46,934 nt of DNA from a virus (Duplodnaviria; Caudoviricetes): the IMG/VR virus record IMGVR_UViG_3300017965_000001, positions 1 through 46,934 of that record, one strand, 5' to 3'. The position numbers and the translations under genes are program-made. Position 1 is the stretch's first letter. Every line of letters begins with the position of its first letter. The notes under the pieces are model-generated. The model saw only the letters and a list, made by a program, of their open reading frames with translations, did not search any database and was not told where the DNA came from. Shown piece after piece: positions 25,391-34,637 of the stretch.

Positions 25391-26095
25391 TTAGTCGGTA
25401 AGCCTTGGGTCTCCGAACCTGACATCGGTGAGGCGCGGCTCGTCTGGCTGTGGGCGCGCAGCGAGCCGCGTTTCTCGCGCGTGCTTGGTGAGCGCGTCGG
25501 CGTAGCGGATGGCGAGCTCGCAGTGCTCGGCCGTGAATGGCTCGGCGCCCTGAGATAGAAAGGCGCGCACGCGCGCAAGTAGCTCGGCGGCGACGGTGTC
25601 GACCTGCTTCGCCGCGGCGTCTCGGTCGCGCTTGAGACCGGCGAGCTCGGTGCGGAGGTCGCGCACGCTGCGGCGGAGCGCCATGTCGTCTTGAACGAGC
25701 GCGTTGTGTCGGGTTTGCAGCGCGGCGAGCCCCGTAGTGAGCTCGCTCTTGCGCCGCTCGGCCCAAGCGGCGTGCTCGCGCTTCTTCGCGGCTTGGTGCT
25801 CGAGAGTGGCTTGCGCTCGCGCCGCTTGTTGCACCGGGTCGTGCATCGGGCAAGTCGTGCCGTTCCGGATTGCGATGCGCGGACAGGGTTGGTTGGCGAT
25901 AGTGTTGACGCCGCAGCGCCGAATGCCGCGCTCGGCGTCGCTTCGATCGCGTTCGGCTCGCCGGTGCGCGGCGCGCTCGAGTTGCTCGTGTCGATGCGAG
26001 TAGCACCGGGGCCCGTTGGCGTCTTCGTAGTAGGCGGCGCCGCGGCACTTGAATGCGCCGTTGACGTAGCCGCAGCGCGCCGGTGGTCTCGTCAT
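25391..26095 (-). CDS. Hypothetical protein with two C-C-C-H fingers and a coiled coil
   Basis: ATG at 26095 overlaps the upstream stop (ATGA); RCG..C..CYSH and RCG..C..CPMH. Confidence 0.65.
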   Translation of the reverse strand: MTRPPARCGYVNGAFKCRGAAYYEDANGPRCYSHRHEQLERAAHRRAERDRSDAERGIRRCGVNTIANQPCPRIAIRNGTTCPMHDPVQQAARAQATLEHQAAKKREHAAWAERRKSELTTGLAALQTRHNALVQDDMALRRSVRDLRTELAGLKRDRDAAAKQVDTVAAELLARVRAFLSQGAEPFTAEHCELAIRYADALTKHARETRLAARPQPDEPRLTDVRFGDPRLTD

Positions 26096-26769
26096 GGTCG
26101 ACGTGCCCCCATGGGTCGAAGAAGCTTCGAGGTCTCGACGATGTCGCAGCGGAGCGCGGACTGCAGCTCGACGCTGGAGCGCGCGACGTACCCGAAGCAG
26201 ATGGCGGCGGCGGCGTCGGGTCCGATGTTGGCTAGACCGAGCGCGGGTTGATGCTCGAGCACGATGCGTTGCGCCGTGAGTTGCTCGAGCCGCCGAGCGG
26301 CGTCGCGCGGCATCCTGCCGGACCCGAAGAGATGGCGGCGCCATTCGCCCGCCTGCACGTCGAGACAAGCCCGAAGCGGCTCGCCGTGCGCGCGCCATGT
26401 GTCGCGCCACAGCGCGGCGCTGGTCGCGAGCGAGACGATGGTCTGCAGAGCGCCGCCGAAGGGTGTCTCGACTGCGATGGCGGCCGGGAGCGTGGCAGCG
26501 CCGGAGGCCCGCAGTGCCATGGTTATGACGTGGTCGCGTTGGTGCGCGATGTTTGCGGCGCACTCGCCGTAGGCGATGAGCGTGCCGCGGTCGTAGAGTG
26601 CCCAGCCGCTTTTGCGGGCCGAGTCGATGGCGAGCACGACAGCTCGAAGCGGTCGCAGCGTGACGGCGATAGGGGCGCGGCGAGTGCGCCCGAAGCGCAG
26701 CACGCGCCACTTGGTGCGCGCTTCCCGGCTCGGTCTCAGCGGCGGCAGCGGCGGGGGCTTGCTCGTCAT
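26092..26769 (-). CDS. RuvC-like (RNase H fold) Holliday junction resolvase
   Basis: VLAIDSARKSGWA, IAVETP, EWRR, PDAAAAI (last acidic position degenerate). Confidence 0.7.
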   Translation of the reverse strand: MTSKPPPLPPLRPSREARTKWRVLRFGRTRRAPIAVTLRPLRAVVLAIDSARKSGWALYDRGTLIAYGECAANIAHQRDHVITMALRASGAATLPAAIAVETPFGGALQTIVSLATSAALWRDTWRAHGEPLRACLDVQAGEWRRHLFGSGRMPRDAARRLEQLTAQRIVLEHQPALGLANIGPDAAAAICFGYVARSSVELQSALRCDIVETSKLLRPMGARRP

Positions 26770-26987
26770 AGCGTGGCGCTCCGTGGGTTTGCGGGGGTCG
26801 GGTCGGGTCGAATCCAGCACCCGCACTTCGAGCGTCTGGAGTAGCTACCGCGCGCGTCGATGAGCACGACGGAGACGAGTTTTGGGCGGCCGCACCGCTC
26901 GCACCTGGCGTCCGGACACGCGCATGCATGGTCGACGCGCATGTGCACGCGCGAGCCATGAAGCAGGCATCGCGGGCAAAGCCTCAC
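26766..26987 (-). CDS. Small Cys-rich protein (73 aa)
   Basis: GTGA and ATGA overlaps at both ends; AAGGGGG RBS; CPRC, CAC, CERC, CGC. Confidence 0.55.
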   Translation of the reverse strand: MRLCPRCLLHGSRVHMRVDHACACPDARCERCGRPKLVSVVLIDARGSYSRRSKCGCWIRPDPTPANPRSATL

Positions 26988-27688
26988 GGTGCCCCCTTGC
27001 GCATGTCGCCGGTAGGGATGGCGATGAGGTCTGCGCACTCGACGAAGAGACTCGAGAGCGGCGGTGATGTGTAGCGCTTGGCAAAGACCGTGTCGGTCAT
27101 GCGCGTGGTGACGATGGTGCGCTGGTGCGTGCGATGCGCGAGCATGTCGAGCAGCGCATCGGCCATGCTGTCGGCGCGGTCTGGTCGCTCGTCGCCGATG
27201 CCGTCGAGCACGAGCAGCCGCGACGTCTGGAGCATGGCGCGGCGCTGCAGTACTTCGCCGAAGCTCGAGACGTAGCACTCGAGCAGGGTGCGCCCAGAAG
27301 CCCACCTGGCGCCGCTTGTCAGCGCGAGCACGGCGGCTGCGGCGACCGACTTGCCGGACCCGGTGACGCCGTGCAGCACGAGAATCGGCCGCGACGGCGG
27401 CACGCCGGGCTGTCGCGGCACCGGCGAGCCGGGGGCGCTGTCGCGCCAGAGCAAGGCGGCGTTCAGGGCGTAGCTGCCGCTGAGAGTCCCGCGCACGATG
27501 GCGTCGTGCATCGCCGGCGTGATTGGCAGTGGATGGCCGGCGCGCTCGAGCGCAGCCTTGCGGGCGGCGCGCTCGGCGAGCCGCATGTCGTCGCTGGCCT
27601 GGGCTTCGGTCTGCTTGCTGTTGGCGATAAACGCCCGTTGCAGCCGCTGCAGGACGGTCGCAAGGCGCTCGCCGGCATGCTCGGTCAT
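26984..27688 (-). CDS. DnaC/IstB-like helicase loader ATPase
   Basis: LHGVTGSGKS, LLVLDGIGDE, TIVTT; follows the initiator. Confidence 0.82.
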   Translation of the reverse strand: MTEHAGERLATVLQRLQRAFIANSKQTEAQASDDMRLAERAARKAALERAGHPLPITPAMHDAIVRGTLSGSYALNAALLWRDSAPGSPVPRQPGVPPSRPILVLHGVTGSGKSVAAAAVLALTSGARWASGRTLLECYVSSFGEVLQRRAMLQTSRLLVLDGIGDERPDRADSMADALLDMLAHRTHQRTIVTTRMTDTVFAKRYTSPPLSSLFVECADLIAIPTGDMRKGAP

Positions 27689-28875
27689 GACGCACCCCGG
27701 GCGCCGTCGACGCGCGCCGTGAGCCAGCTGGGCTGATTGGTGGCGGCGGAGCGCTCGAGCTCGGCGCGCGTCTGGTCGAGCTCGGCTTGCGTGTCGCCGG
27801 GTCTAGGTAGCGGCGCCGAGCCCCGTAGTCGCGGCGGGTTGCCGCTCAGGTAGTGGGCCCAGTGGTCCATGACGTGCGAAGGGGTGAACCAAAACGGCGA
27901 CTCTGAGAGGTTGGTGAGCACGGTGCGGGCGCACGCGGCGACCCGCTCGCGCTCGGCGGCGGGGGCCTTCCCCATGTATTGGTAGGCTTCGAAGTGCTTG
28001 GAGCTGGGCGTCGGCGACGGCGCGGTGAGCGTGCAGGTGGTCCAGATGAGCTCGTGATACCAGCGGTGCCCGACGACCTCGCTCGGGATTGGAAAAACGC
28101 CGCTGTCATGCGGGCGCGCGCGCGCGGCAGTTGTGAATTGAGTAAGAGCGGCGGCGGTTAAGATCTGAGATTCTTCTCTCTCTTTAAGATCTGAGAACGC
28201 GCGCGCGAGGGCGTGACCGTCACGCTTCGGCGCGTGACTGTCCCCGTGACTGTCACGCTCGCATGCGGCGTGACTGTCCCCGTGACTGTCACGCTTTTTT
28301 CGGGCCCGCTGGCGACGCTTGCGCTCGGTCCCGGGGCTCTCTTGGGTGAGTGCGTATTCCTCCAAAACGTAGGCGCCATCGAGACTTCGCGCGACTTCGC
28401 CGGCGGCTTCGAGCTGCGCGATCGCGTGCTGCACTTGGTGGCGTTGGATTTTCACGAAGCGCGCTATCGCGGCGAGCGTGAGCGGCTGCATGTCTGCGTC
28501 GCGAATGGACTGCGCCGGGTGCACGTCGCCGCGCTCCATCTCTGCGTGACAGTCACGCTCGCGCGGTGCGTGACTGTCCCCGTGACTGTCACGCATGCGG
28601 GCGCGCTCTTCGGAGCGCCGGGCGAGCTGCAGCAAGCCGACCCAGACGGCCAGTGTGATACCGTCGAGCGGCGAGTCGGCCGCCCAGTACCGAGACGAAA
28701 CCTTGACCGTGAGCTGGCGCTCCGGCGCGTGCGTTGGTCGTGGTCTGGTCGAGGCTTTTGCCATAGGCTGTGACCTGCTCATTTCGGAAACGCCGGGCTC
28801 GCCGCTATCCCCCACCCACACACTGGAAAGCGGCGGGCTCGGCGGCGACGGTTGCACCACGCAGTGGAGCGTCAA
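27685..28875 (-). CDS. Phage replication initiator / replisome organiser (start may be 28782 or 28764)
   Basis: wHTH-like segment, ERKRRQRARKK, internal DNA repeats; lies upstream of the DnaC-like gene. Confidence 0.75.
   Translation of the reverse strand: MTLHCVVQPSPPSPPLSSVWVGDSGEPGVSEMSRSQPMAKASTRPRPTHAPERQLTVKVSSRYWAADSPLDGITLAVWVGLLQLARRSEERARMRDSHGDSHAPRERDCHAEMERGDVHPAQSIRDADMQPLTLAAIARFVKIQRHQVQHAIAQLEAAGEVARSLDGAYVLEEYALTQESPGTERKRRQRARKKRDSHGDSHAACERDSHGDSHAPKRDGHALARAFSDLKEREESQILTAAALTQFTTAARARPHDSGVFPIPSEVVGHRWYHELIWTTCTLTAPSPTPSSKHFEAYQYMGKAPAAERERVAACARTVLTNLSESPFWFTPSHVMDHWAHYLSGNPPRLRGSAPLPRPGDTQAELDQTRAELERSAATNQPSWLTARVDGARGAS
28158..28594. repeat. Putative lytic origin: iterons within the initiator gene
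   Basis: GCGTGACTGTCCCCGTGACTGTCACGC at 28232, 28268 and 28568; GCGTGAC-n-GTCACGC at 28211 and 28544; AT-rich TTAAGATCTGAGA at 28158 and 28184. Confidence 0.75.
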
Positions 28876-29177
28876 GCGGTCGCAGCCGACAGCTGCACGG
28901 CGCGCTTGCGCTTCGCGGGCTTCTTGCCGGCAGCGGGCTTCGGCGGCGGCGCTTTCTTGCGCTTGCGTTTGGGCGCCGGCGGCAGCGGTGACGCGCAGAT
29001 TTCGTCGACGGTGACGACGTAGTTCGTGGCCGCGGCAATCTTGTGGGCCGTCGTGTAGAGCGGCTTCACGCGCCGATGCACGGCGCGCAGAATGGCGGTG
29101 TAGCTAAGCCCCGTTTGCAGCTGCAGCCGCGTCAACACGCCGGCGTCTTGTGTCTCGACCCATTGCGCCAATTGCAT
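28872..29177 (-). CDS. Cro-like HTH regulator
   Basis: LQLQTGLSYTAILR..TAHKIAAATNYVVTVDEI; divergent from an Xre repressor. Confidence 0.7.
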   Translation of the reverse strand: MQLAQWVETQDAGVLTRLQLQTGLSYTAILRAVHRRVKPLYTTAHKIAAATNYVVTVDEICASPLPPAPKRKRKKAPPPKPAAGKKPAKRKRAVQLSAATA

Positions 29178-29191
29178 GGGTCCGATGTAAT

Positions 29192-29207
29192 ATGGCCACG
29201 TGGCCAT
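29192..29207. promoter_or_regulatory. Palindromic operator candidate ATGGCCACGTGGCCAT
   Basis: Perfect 16-bp palindrome upstream of the cro-like ATG; variants at 31479 and 39304. Confidence 0.6.
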
Positions 29208-29273
29208 GTATAGCCCGAATGCGACGACTCACGAATGCGCATGCGGACGCACACCCGCGCACCGTGCACACGT

Positions 29274-29313
29274 GTGCACTTGAGCACTGGTGCTCCGGTG
29301 CTCTAGTGCTCTG
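29274..29313. repeat. 8-bp repeat array C in the cro/repressor intergenic region
   Basis: gtgcactt gagcactg gtgctccg gtgctcta gtgctctg. Confidence 0.7.
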
Positions 29314-29506
29314 GATTGGCTAATGCTCGGCGGCCACTGGCCTTTTGGGCTAGGTGCCGTAGGCTAGTGTGTGAGACGTTTTTTCGGGCGCGTTTTGGGA
29401 CTGCCGCTAGAGCTTGCGCGCGTGACCTAAAACCGCTAGGTCGCGGTTTGTGGGTTGGAAAGGGAAGATAGCTCGCGAGCCAGCGCCGGCGCTGGACGCG
29501 GACCCG

Positions 29507-30046
29507 ATGAGCGAATCGACGCTCGGCCGGCGGATATGGGCGCTCTTCATGCGCGAGGGCTATACGAAAGGCGCGTTCGCGGCGGTGCTTGGCGTGTCGT
29601 ACGGTGCCGTCGACAACTGGACGCTCGGGCACACGCTGCCGAGCATCCCGACGTTGATGCGGATTGCGCTGATGTTCGAAGAGTCGCTCGAAGACTTGTG
29701 TTTCGGAAGCGAGGGGCGGGAGCGATACCGAGCCGGGCTTGAGCTGCCGTCGGTGCTCACGGGTGCGGACGTCGCGGCGTGGCTCGCCGAGCGCAAGGCG
29801 ACGCCGCGGCAAGTCGCGGCAGTGATGCGCGCGTGTGCGCAGCGACCTGCCACGATGCCGTGGCTCGAGACGTATTGGAGCGAGCGCACGCCGAAGTCGA
29901 AGTCGAAGGGCGAAGGGCGGGCGAGTCTGCAAGAGATTCGCGAGCTGGCGCGAGCGGATGGGCGTGCGCCGTACTCGCCGGAGACGATCACCGCCGCGGT
30001 CGAGCAATCGCAGGTGAGACGGTCAAAGTCACGTCGACGGGCCTAG
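29507..30046 (+). CDS. Xre-family HTH repressor (CI-like, no peptidase domain seen)
   Basis: LGRRI..GYTKGAFAAVLGVSYGAVDNW..PSIPTLMRIA..SLEDL. Confidence 0.8.
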   Translation: MSESTLGRRIWALFMREGYTKGAFAAVLGVSYGAVDNWTLGHTLPSIPTLMRIALMFEESLEDLCFGSEGRERYRAGLELPSVLTGADVAAWLAERKATPRQVAAVMRACAQRPATMPWLETYWSERTPKSKSKGEGRASLQEIRELARADGRAPYSPETITAAVEQSQVRRSKSRRRA

Positions 30047-30422
30047 GGTAGCGGCAGTGGTTTGCGAACATGGCGAGTATGGCGCGCGCCATATCGTCGA
30101 GCTCGAAGCCGCACCACTCGAGCACCGCGGCGGTGAGGCAGAGCGCGCTTGGACTGCTCGGCGCGAGTCTGCGGATGGCGTGCGCGATGTCAGCGGCGAC
30201 GCGTATCGGAGCACGGAAAGCGGCGGCCATACAGTCGGCTTCCGACAGTCCGGCCCAAGTAGCCAAGACTCGCAAGCGGGTGCGTCTCGGCGTGAGCTTG
30301 CGACTCTTGAGCCGCGAGCGAGCGGCGGCAATGGCTGCGACGGCGGCCCGGGCGTCGTCGAGGTCGGCGAACTCTTGCGACTCGATGTCGGGCGGGCTTA
30401 TGGCGCTGCGACTATCCCCCAT
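29988..30422 (-). CDS. Hypothetical protein
   Basis: Plausible helical composition; competes with a plus-strand ORF. Confidence 0.4.
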   Translation of the reverse strand: MGDSRSAISPPDIESQEFADLDDARAAVAAIAAARSRLKSRKLTPRRTRLRVLATWAGLSEADCMAAAFRAPIRVAADIAHAIRRLAPSSPSALCLTAAVLEWCGFELDDMARAILAMFANHCRYPRPVDVTLTVSPAIARPRR

Positions 30423-30652
30423 GGCTGATTCGGGCCCCCACGTTGCAAGTCATCGCGACCGCACGACACGCATAGGGGGGGGCGCGTTGTTGGATGCGCG
30501 CGCGACCGGAACGGCGTGGGTCGTAGTTAGACCTGGATAGTCCGTCTCTCACACTTAGCGCTCCGCCGGAACAGTCGTGTGGTGCCTGGGCCGACAAATT
30601 CGACACACGCACATCGCCGCACACTAGGCGGGCGCGGTAAGATCATGAACGG

Positions 30653-31411
30653 ATGACGCCGCACATCCAAACGCGCGCAATCGTGTGTTCGCGCAGCCAA
30701 GTGCGAAGGCTTCGCGCGGGTCGTCAGTGGCAGTTGCGTCGACCGGTGCAAGTGGCGGCAGGTCTGACGATAGATGGATGGGTTCGTGACGCCAACGACC
30801 GCGACCGCGCTCGCGTCGTATGCTCAAGCTCGAGTTGTGACGCTGAGCCCCCAAAGCTTATGCCTTGCCCGTATGGAGCGCCGCACGACTGGTTGTCGGT
30901 GCGCGAGCGTTGGTCCGTCGCGGGTCGCGGGCGCGAGCGCACGGTTGTGTACGAAGCCGACGCTGACAGCGCGGAGACCTGGCGCGCGCATTCTTGGATA
31001 TCACCGTTGCTCATGCCGCCATCAGCTGCACGGCTGTGGCTGCGTCTGTACGACGTGCGCGCGCAGCGATTGAGTGAGACTCGTCATTTCGACCTGGCCG
31101 CCGAAGGCGTGGCATGTCCGGAGCACGACACAAGCTACAGCTACTGTCAGGCGGAGTGTCCGATACGCCGGCAGCTGTTTGAGCAGCGGTGGGCGCTGTC
31201 GTATCCACAGGTCGACTACCGGGTCGAGGTCGACCCATGGGTGTGGGCGCTGAGTTTCACTCGGCACGACCATGCGTCGATGTTGCTGTGCGCCGAAGCC
31301 GACCGGATAGCGCTCGAAGTGCCGCCTCCGGCGCGCAGACGATCCGTCGGGCGCTCGCTGCGGCCGAACGGGTCGGTCGTAAAAGCCCGCCAAGCCGCCC
31401 GCAAGCGGTAG
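30653..31411 (+). CDS. Conserved phage protein (ASCH/PUA-like family), divergent copy
   Basis: CPYGAPHDWLSVRERW, YEAD, WISPLLMP..ARLWL..DVRAQRL, AEG, DPWVWALSF. Confidence 0.7.
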   Translation: MTPHIQTRAIVCSRSQVRRLRAGRQWQLRRPVQVAAGLTIDGWVRDANDRDRARVVCSSSSCDAEPPKLMPCPYGAPHDWLSVRERWSVAGRGRERTVVYEADADSAETWRAHSWISPLLMPPSAARLWLRLYDVRAQRLSETRHFDLAAEGVACPEHDTSYSYCQAECPIRRQLFEQRWALSYPQVDYRVEVDPWVWALSFTRHDHASMLLCAEADRIALEVPPPARRRSVGRSLRPNGSVVKARQAARKR

Positions 31412-31567
31412 GCAATCATCCGCACATTGCCGATTTTCTTTGCCTACTGGGTGTCCGCCGGGCTCTACTCGGGCGTACATGGCCGAGTGGCCATAGGGCG
31501 ACACCGCACTGTTACTAGCAGCGCGGTGTCATGAATCGGCGGGTATTGCCCCCGCTCAGGGATTCAG

Positions 31568-32371
31568 ATGACGAGTGAAGCAGATGACGGGATTCAGAGC
31601 AAGAGTGTCCGCGAGCGAGTAGCGCTGATGGCGGCTAAGGCCGGCGGTGGGTTGCCGCGGAGAGTCCCGTGCTATAACGCGAGGTTTTTGGCGATGCCTA
31701 AGCTGTTTTTGACCGCTCGTGTGTTCGGGGTCGCGCCAGCGCAGTCCGCGCCCGTGAAGGTGGATCAGATGCCGCTAGCTGCCGCGGAGGGGTACGTTGT
31801 CCACTACACTGGCCGATTGCTCACCCAGACGCATGGCGATGTGCTGATGGCGTTGATGTCGCTGTTAGGTGGGGTTGAGCAGGGTAACGAGATCAATGTG
31901 CGAATCTGCGACCTCGAGCGCGTGCTGTGCCGCTCGAGCGGCAAGCGGAACCGTGACTATCTATGGGACCAGATTGTGGATCTAGGCACCGCCTGGTTGC
32001 GTGTTCGGCACGATGGTGTTGAGAGCTTCGGGGCCCTGGTGCCGTTTGGGCGCTGGGATGGGCAGGCCGTCACGCTCGAAGTGAACCGCGACCTGATAGA
32101 GTTCGCGCACGGTGGGTTTACGCTGATTGACAGAGACGCGCGGCGGCAGCTGGTTCGCAAGCCATTGGCCCAGTGGCTGCAGCTTTATACCGCGTGGCTT
32201 GCCTCTGACGGTCGCCGAGCCGTCGAGCTCGCTGAGGTGCACGAGGCATCTCGTAGCGAGATGGTGCGGCGCAAGCTGCGGTTTCGCGCCAAGGAGGCGC
32301 TTTACGAGTTGGCGGCTGTGGGCGCGCCTGCTTGGCGTCTCGATGCTGACGACTGGCTGCGCGCGGTGTAG
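31568..32371 (+). CDS. TrfA-like plasmid replication initiator
   Basis: YTGRLLTQTHGDVLMAL and TLID..RRQL..KPLAQWL..Y resemble TrfA-family motifs; followed by iterons. Confidence 0.72.
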   Translation: MTSEADDGIQSKSVRERVALMAAKAGGGLPRRVPCYNARFLAMPKLFLTARVFGVAPAQSAPVKVDQMPLAAAEGYVVHYTGRLLTQTHGDVLMALMSLLGGVEQGNEINVRICDLERVLCRSSGKRNRDYLWDQIVDLGTAWLRVRHDGVESFGALVPFGRWDGQAVTLEVNRDLIEFAHGGFTLIDRDARRQLVRKPLAQWLQLYTAWLASDGRRAVELAEVHEASRSEMVRRKLRFRAKEALYELAAVGAPAWRLDADDWLRAV

Positions 32372-32399
32372 GCGCAGTCAAGATAACGCCGGCGCGCAG

Positions 32400-32444
32400 A
32401 GCGCCCGCGCGATACGTCCAGACGGATCGCGCGGGCGCTTTTTT
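32400..32444 (+). terminator. Intrinsic terminator after the trfA-like gene
   Basis: agcgcccgcgcgat / atcgcgcgggcgct stem followed by a T6 tract. Confidence 0.8.
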
Positions 32445-32470
32445 GCGTCCGGAAGCGTGCCGAGTGCGGC

Positions 32471-32730
32471 TGTGGATAAGTCACGGAGGAGGAACGCTGT
32501 CCCCACGGAGGAGGAACGCTGTCCCCACGGAAGACGAACGCCTCCCCGTCTGGGAATCGCGCGCGCGCCCGCATGTATCGGCGCTTCGACGCGTTAACTT
32601 CCGTCTGTACGTCTTCTGCAGATTCAGCAGAATCTGCAGATTCAGAAATCTGCAGGAGAACCAGATCCAATCTGGGATCTTGCTCTGTGTGGGTTGGGTT
32701 AAGAGCTAGAAGCGTATTGCCTACGTTTCT
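32471..32730. other. Putative plasmid origin (oriV)
   Basis: DnaA box TGTGGATAA at 32471-32479; 22-bp repeats CACGGAGGAGGAACGCTGTCCC at 32482 and 32504, degenerate at 32526; TCTGCAGATTCAG at 32615 and 32633 in an AT-richer tract. Confidence 0.78.
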
Positions 32731-33038
32731 AGAGACCGCGCACGCGCGAGCGTACATGCGCGGTCGGGCCACGTGTCAAGCAAATAGCGCTCGGCGGCTC
32801 TAGCGCCGGGCTCTATCTCGCGCGCTAGCGCGCCAAGGCTCTAGCTCGCGAGCGCGTGCAGCCATGTCGCTGAAACACCTGTTGCACGCACGACGTTCGC
32901 GCAAGAAGGCTTCGAGTGAAGGGTGACTCCTACAGAGCGGTCGCGGTCTCGCGCGGCTTGTGGAGGCGTTTGGCAGTTCGCAGCGCGCGCGACCGGTGAT
33001 GCCTAGCGGCGATTGCGCCAGCGGGCTATACGGCAGCG

Positions 33039-33419
33039 ATGTCGGCAGTCGTGGGATTTGGCGCGCGTCTCACGGCGGCTCGTGAGAGAGCGGGGTTGAC
33101 GCAAGAGGGGATGGCCGGTCGGATGGGTGTCGTCTCCGCGACCGTGTCGCGTTGGGAGCGCGAGCTGGTGCTGCCGCAGTCCGAGCAGTTGGTCGGGCTC
33201 GCTGAGACGCTCGGCGCGAGCCTCGACTACCTGCTGCGCGGACTCGGCACTCACGACGCCAACACGTTGATCTTTCGAGCGTTCCTTGCGACGACGCTAG
33301 GACAGATTGCGCAAGAGCGTCGCTACATCGAAGTGTTGCTGTCGGTGCGAACGACCCGGCCGTCGGTCGGGCTCTACAAAGCGGTCACGGCCGGACTTCT
33401 GATGGCCGACGACGAGTGA
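33039..33419 (+). CDS. Xre-family HTH regulator
   Basis: FGARLTAARERAGLTQEGMAGRMGV..TVSRWER..P..LAETLGASLDYLL. Confidence 0.88.
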   Translation: MSAVVGFGARLTAARERAGLTQEGMAGRMGVVSATVSRWERELVLPQSEQLVGLAETLGASLDYLLRGLGTHDANTLIFRAFLATTLGQIAQERRYIEVLLSVRTTRPSVGLYKAVTAGLLMADDE

Positions 33420-33421
33420 GG

Positions 33422-33886
33422 TCACGGAACGCGCACCGCGTCGACCTCCCATCGTAGCTTCGTCTGCAGCGGATGCGTATCGACGCGCGGGCGCCCGGCG
33501 CGGGACCACGTGCCCCCCCCCGCTTCACCAATCAAACGCCAACCAGCGCCGCGCAGACTGCCGCCGGTCTCGGTCGCAAGGGTGTAGGTAACGCATCGGC
33601 GGTAGCCCATCGCGCGCGCCGCTCGCCATGCCGCCGCGTAGAGCTTCGAGCACGCGTTCTGCGCATCGTCGAGCACACACAGGCGTGTGACTTCGGCGGT
33701 GAAGCCATCGTCCGACATGCGGGCGATGGGTCGGCCGACGATAGCCACACCGACGACCGCGTTGTCCCGCGCGACGGCCAAAGCAAACAAGCCGCCTTGT
33801 GGCGCGTCATGGTGACGATGGTGCTGGGTCACGAAGGCGGATGCTTCGCGCAGCGTTGTCGGGACGAGCACGAGCGCGACCTGCAC
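33422..33886 (-). CDS. XF1762-family protein (GNAT-like fold)
   Basis: AFVTQHHRHH, GVAIVGRPIAR..DDG..EVTRLC, NACSKLYAAAWRAARAMGY..TYTL..E.G.SLRGAGW. Confidence 0.8.
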   Translation of the reverse strand: MQVALVLVPTTLREASAFVTQHHRHHDAPQGGLFALAVARDNAVVGVAIVGRPIARMSDDGFTAEVTRLCVLDDAQNACSKLYAAAWRAARAMGYRRCVTYTLATETGGSLRGAGWRLIGEAGGGTWSRAGRPRVDTHPLQTKLRWEVDAVRVP

Positions 33887-33967
33887 GTCGACGCGTATTG
33901 GCAGCGGCAGCGACTGTCAAGCGACAGGTTGCTCGGTGACTCGGTCGACCGGTGCACCGATGCACTT
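33887..33967 (-). promoter_or_regulatory. Repeated promoter-like element plus 8-bp array D (33928-33967)
   Basis: TTGACA-17 nt (TGCCAA)-TACGCG-5 nt-GTG; array gttgctcg gtgactcg gtcgaccg gtgcaccg atgcactt (plus strand). Confidence 0.7.
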
Positions 33968-33968
33968 G

Positions 33969-34277
33969 TCACTTCGGCTCGAAGCCGCGCTCGGTGAACA
34001 CGGCGTCAATGCATGTGTTGAGCTCGCGGGCGTTCTGCTCGGCGAGCGCAGCCCTGATGGCTGCGTCGAACGGCCGTGTAACGCGCACGAAGTCGGCCGC
34101 TTCGCGCATCGCGATCGGGTCGCCGGTCGCGATGCTCGCGCGCATCGCGTCGCATTGTCGTATCAGCTCGGCGAGCCCTTCGAGCAGCTCGGCGCGTTGC
34201 TCGGCGGCTGTCGGCTCCGTGGTTGGCTTCGCCGGCGAGCGGCGGCGATGGCGTCGGGTTCGGGTCTTCGGCGACAT
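33969..34277 (-). CDS. Hypothetical protein
   Basis: 102-aa helical ORF filling the gap. Confidence 0.5.
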   Translation of the reverse strand: MSPKTRTRRHRRRSPAKPTTEPTAAEQRAELLEGLAELIRQCDAMRASIATGDPIAMREAADFVRVTRPFDAAIRAALAEQNARELNTCIDAVFTERGFEPK

Positions 34278-34367
34278 GTGGCGGTTACAGCGCGACGGAT
34301 CACACGCGCTAATAACCTTTAGCGGGGCTGACTTGCGTAGGTCCCCGGAGCCATACTAGGCTCTAGT

Positions 34368-34637
34368 ATGGCCAAAACGACCAGCTTCATTCTCGGCGAC
34401 GAGCTCGACAAGTACGTGCGCGAGCAGGTCGACTCGGGTGAGTACGCGACAGCCAGCGATGTGATCCGCCATGCGCTCGGCCGGATGGTGGACGAAGACC
34501 GCAAGCTCGAGTGGGTGCACGCCGCGCTCGACGAAGCGCTTGCGAGCGGGCCCGCGCGCGAAGGTGGTTTCGACCGCGTGCTCAAGCGGCTCGAAGCGCT
34601 CGAGCAGAGTGAGCCGCGCCGGGCGGCGGCGAAGTGA
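34368..34637 (+). CDS. parD: ParD-family (RHH) antitoxin
   Basis: TSFILG..YVREQVDSGEYATASDVIRHAL..ALDEALASG. Confidence 0.9.
   Translation: MAKTTSFILGDELDKYVREQVDSGEYATASDVIRHALGRMVDEDRKLEWVHAALDEALASGPAREGGFDRVLKRLEALEQSEPRRAAAK

Noticed and set aside
25391-26959. 522-aa ORF as a single protein
   Set aside because: The upstream part overlaps the RuvC-like gene and is low-complexity; ATG 26095 with an ATGA overlap is the better start.
26984-27688. IS21 IstB transposition helper
   Set aside because: No transposase or IS ends; its position after the initiator indicates a helicase loader.
32482-32547. CRISPR array
   Set aside because: The repeats are contiguous with no spacers and there are no cas genes; iterons fit better.
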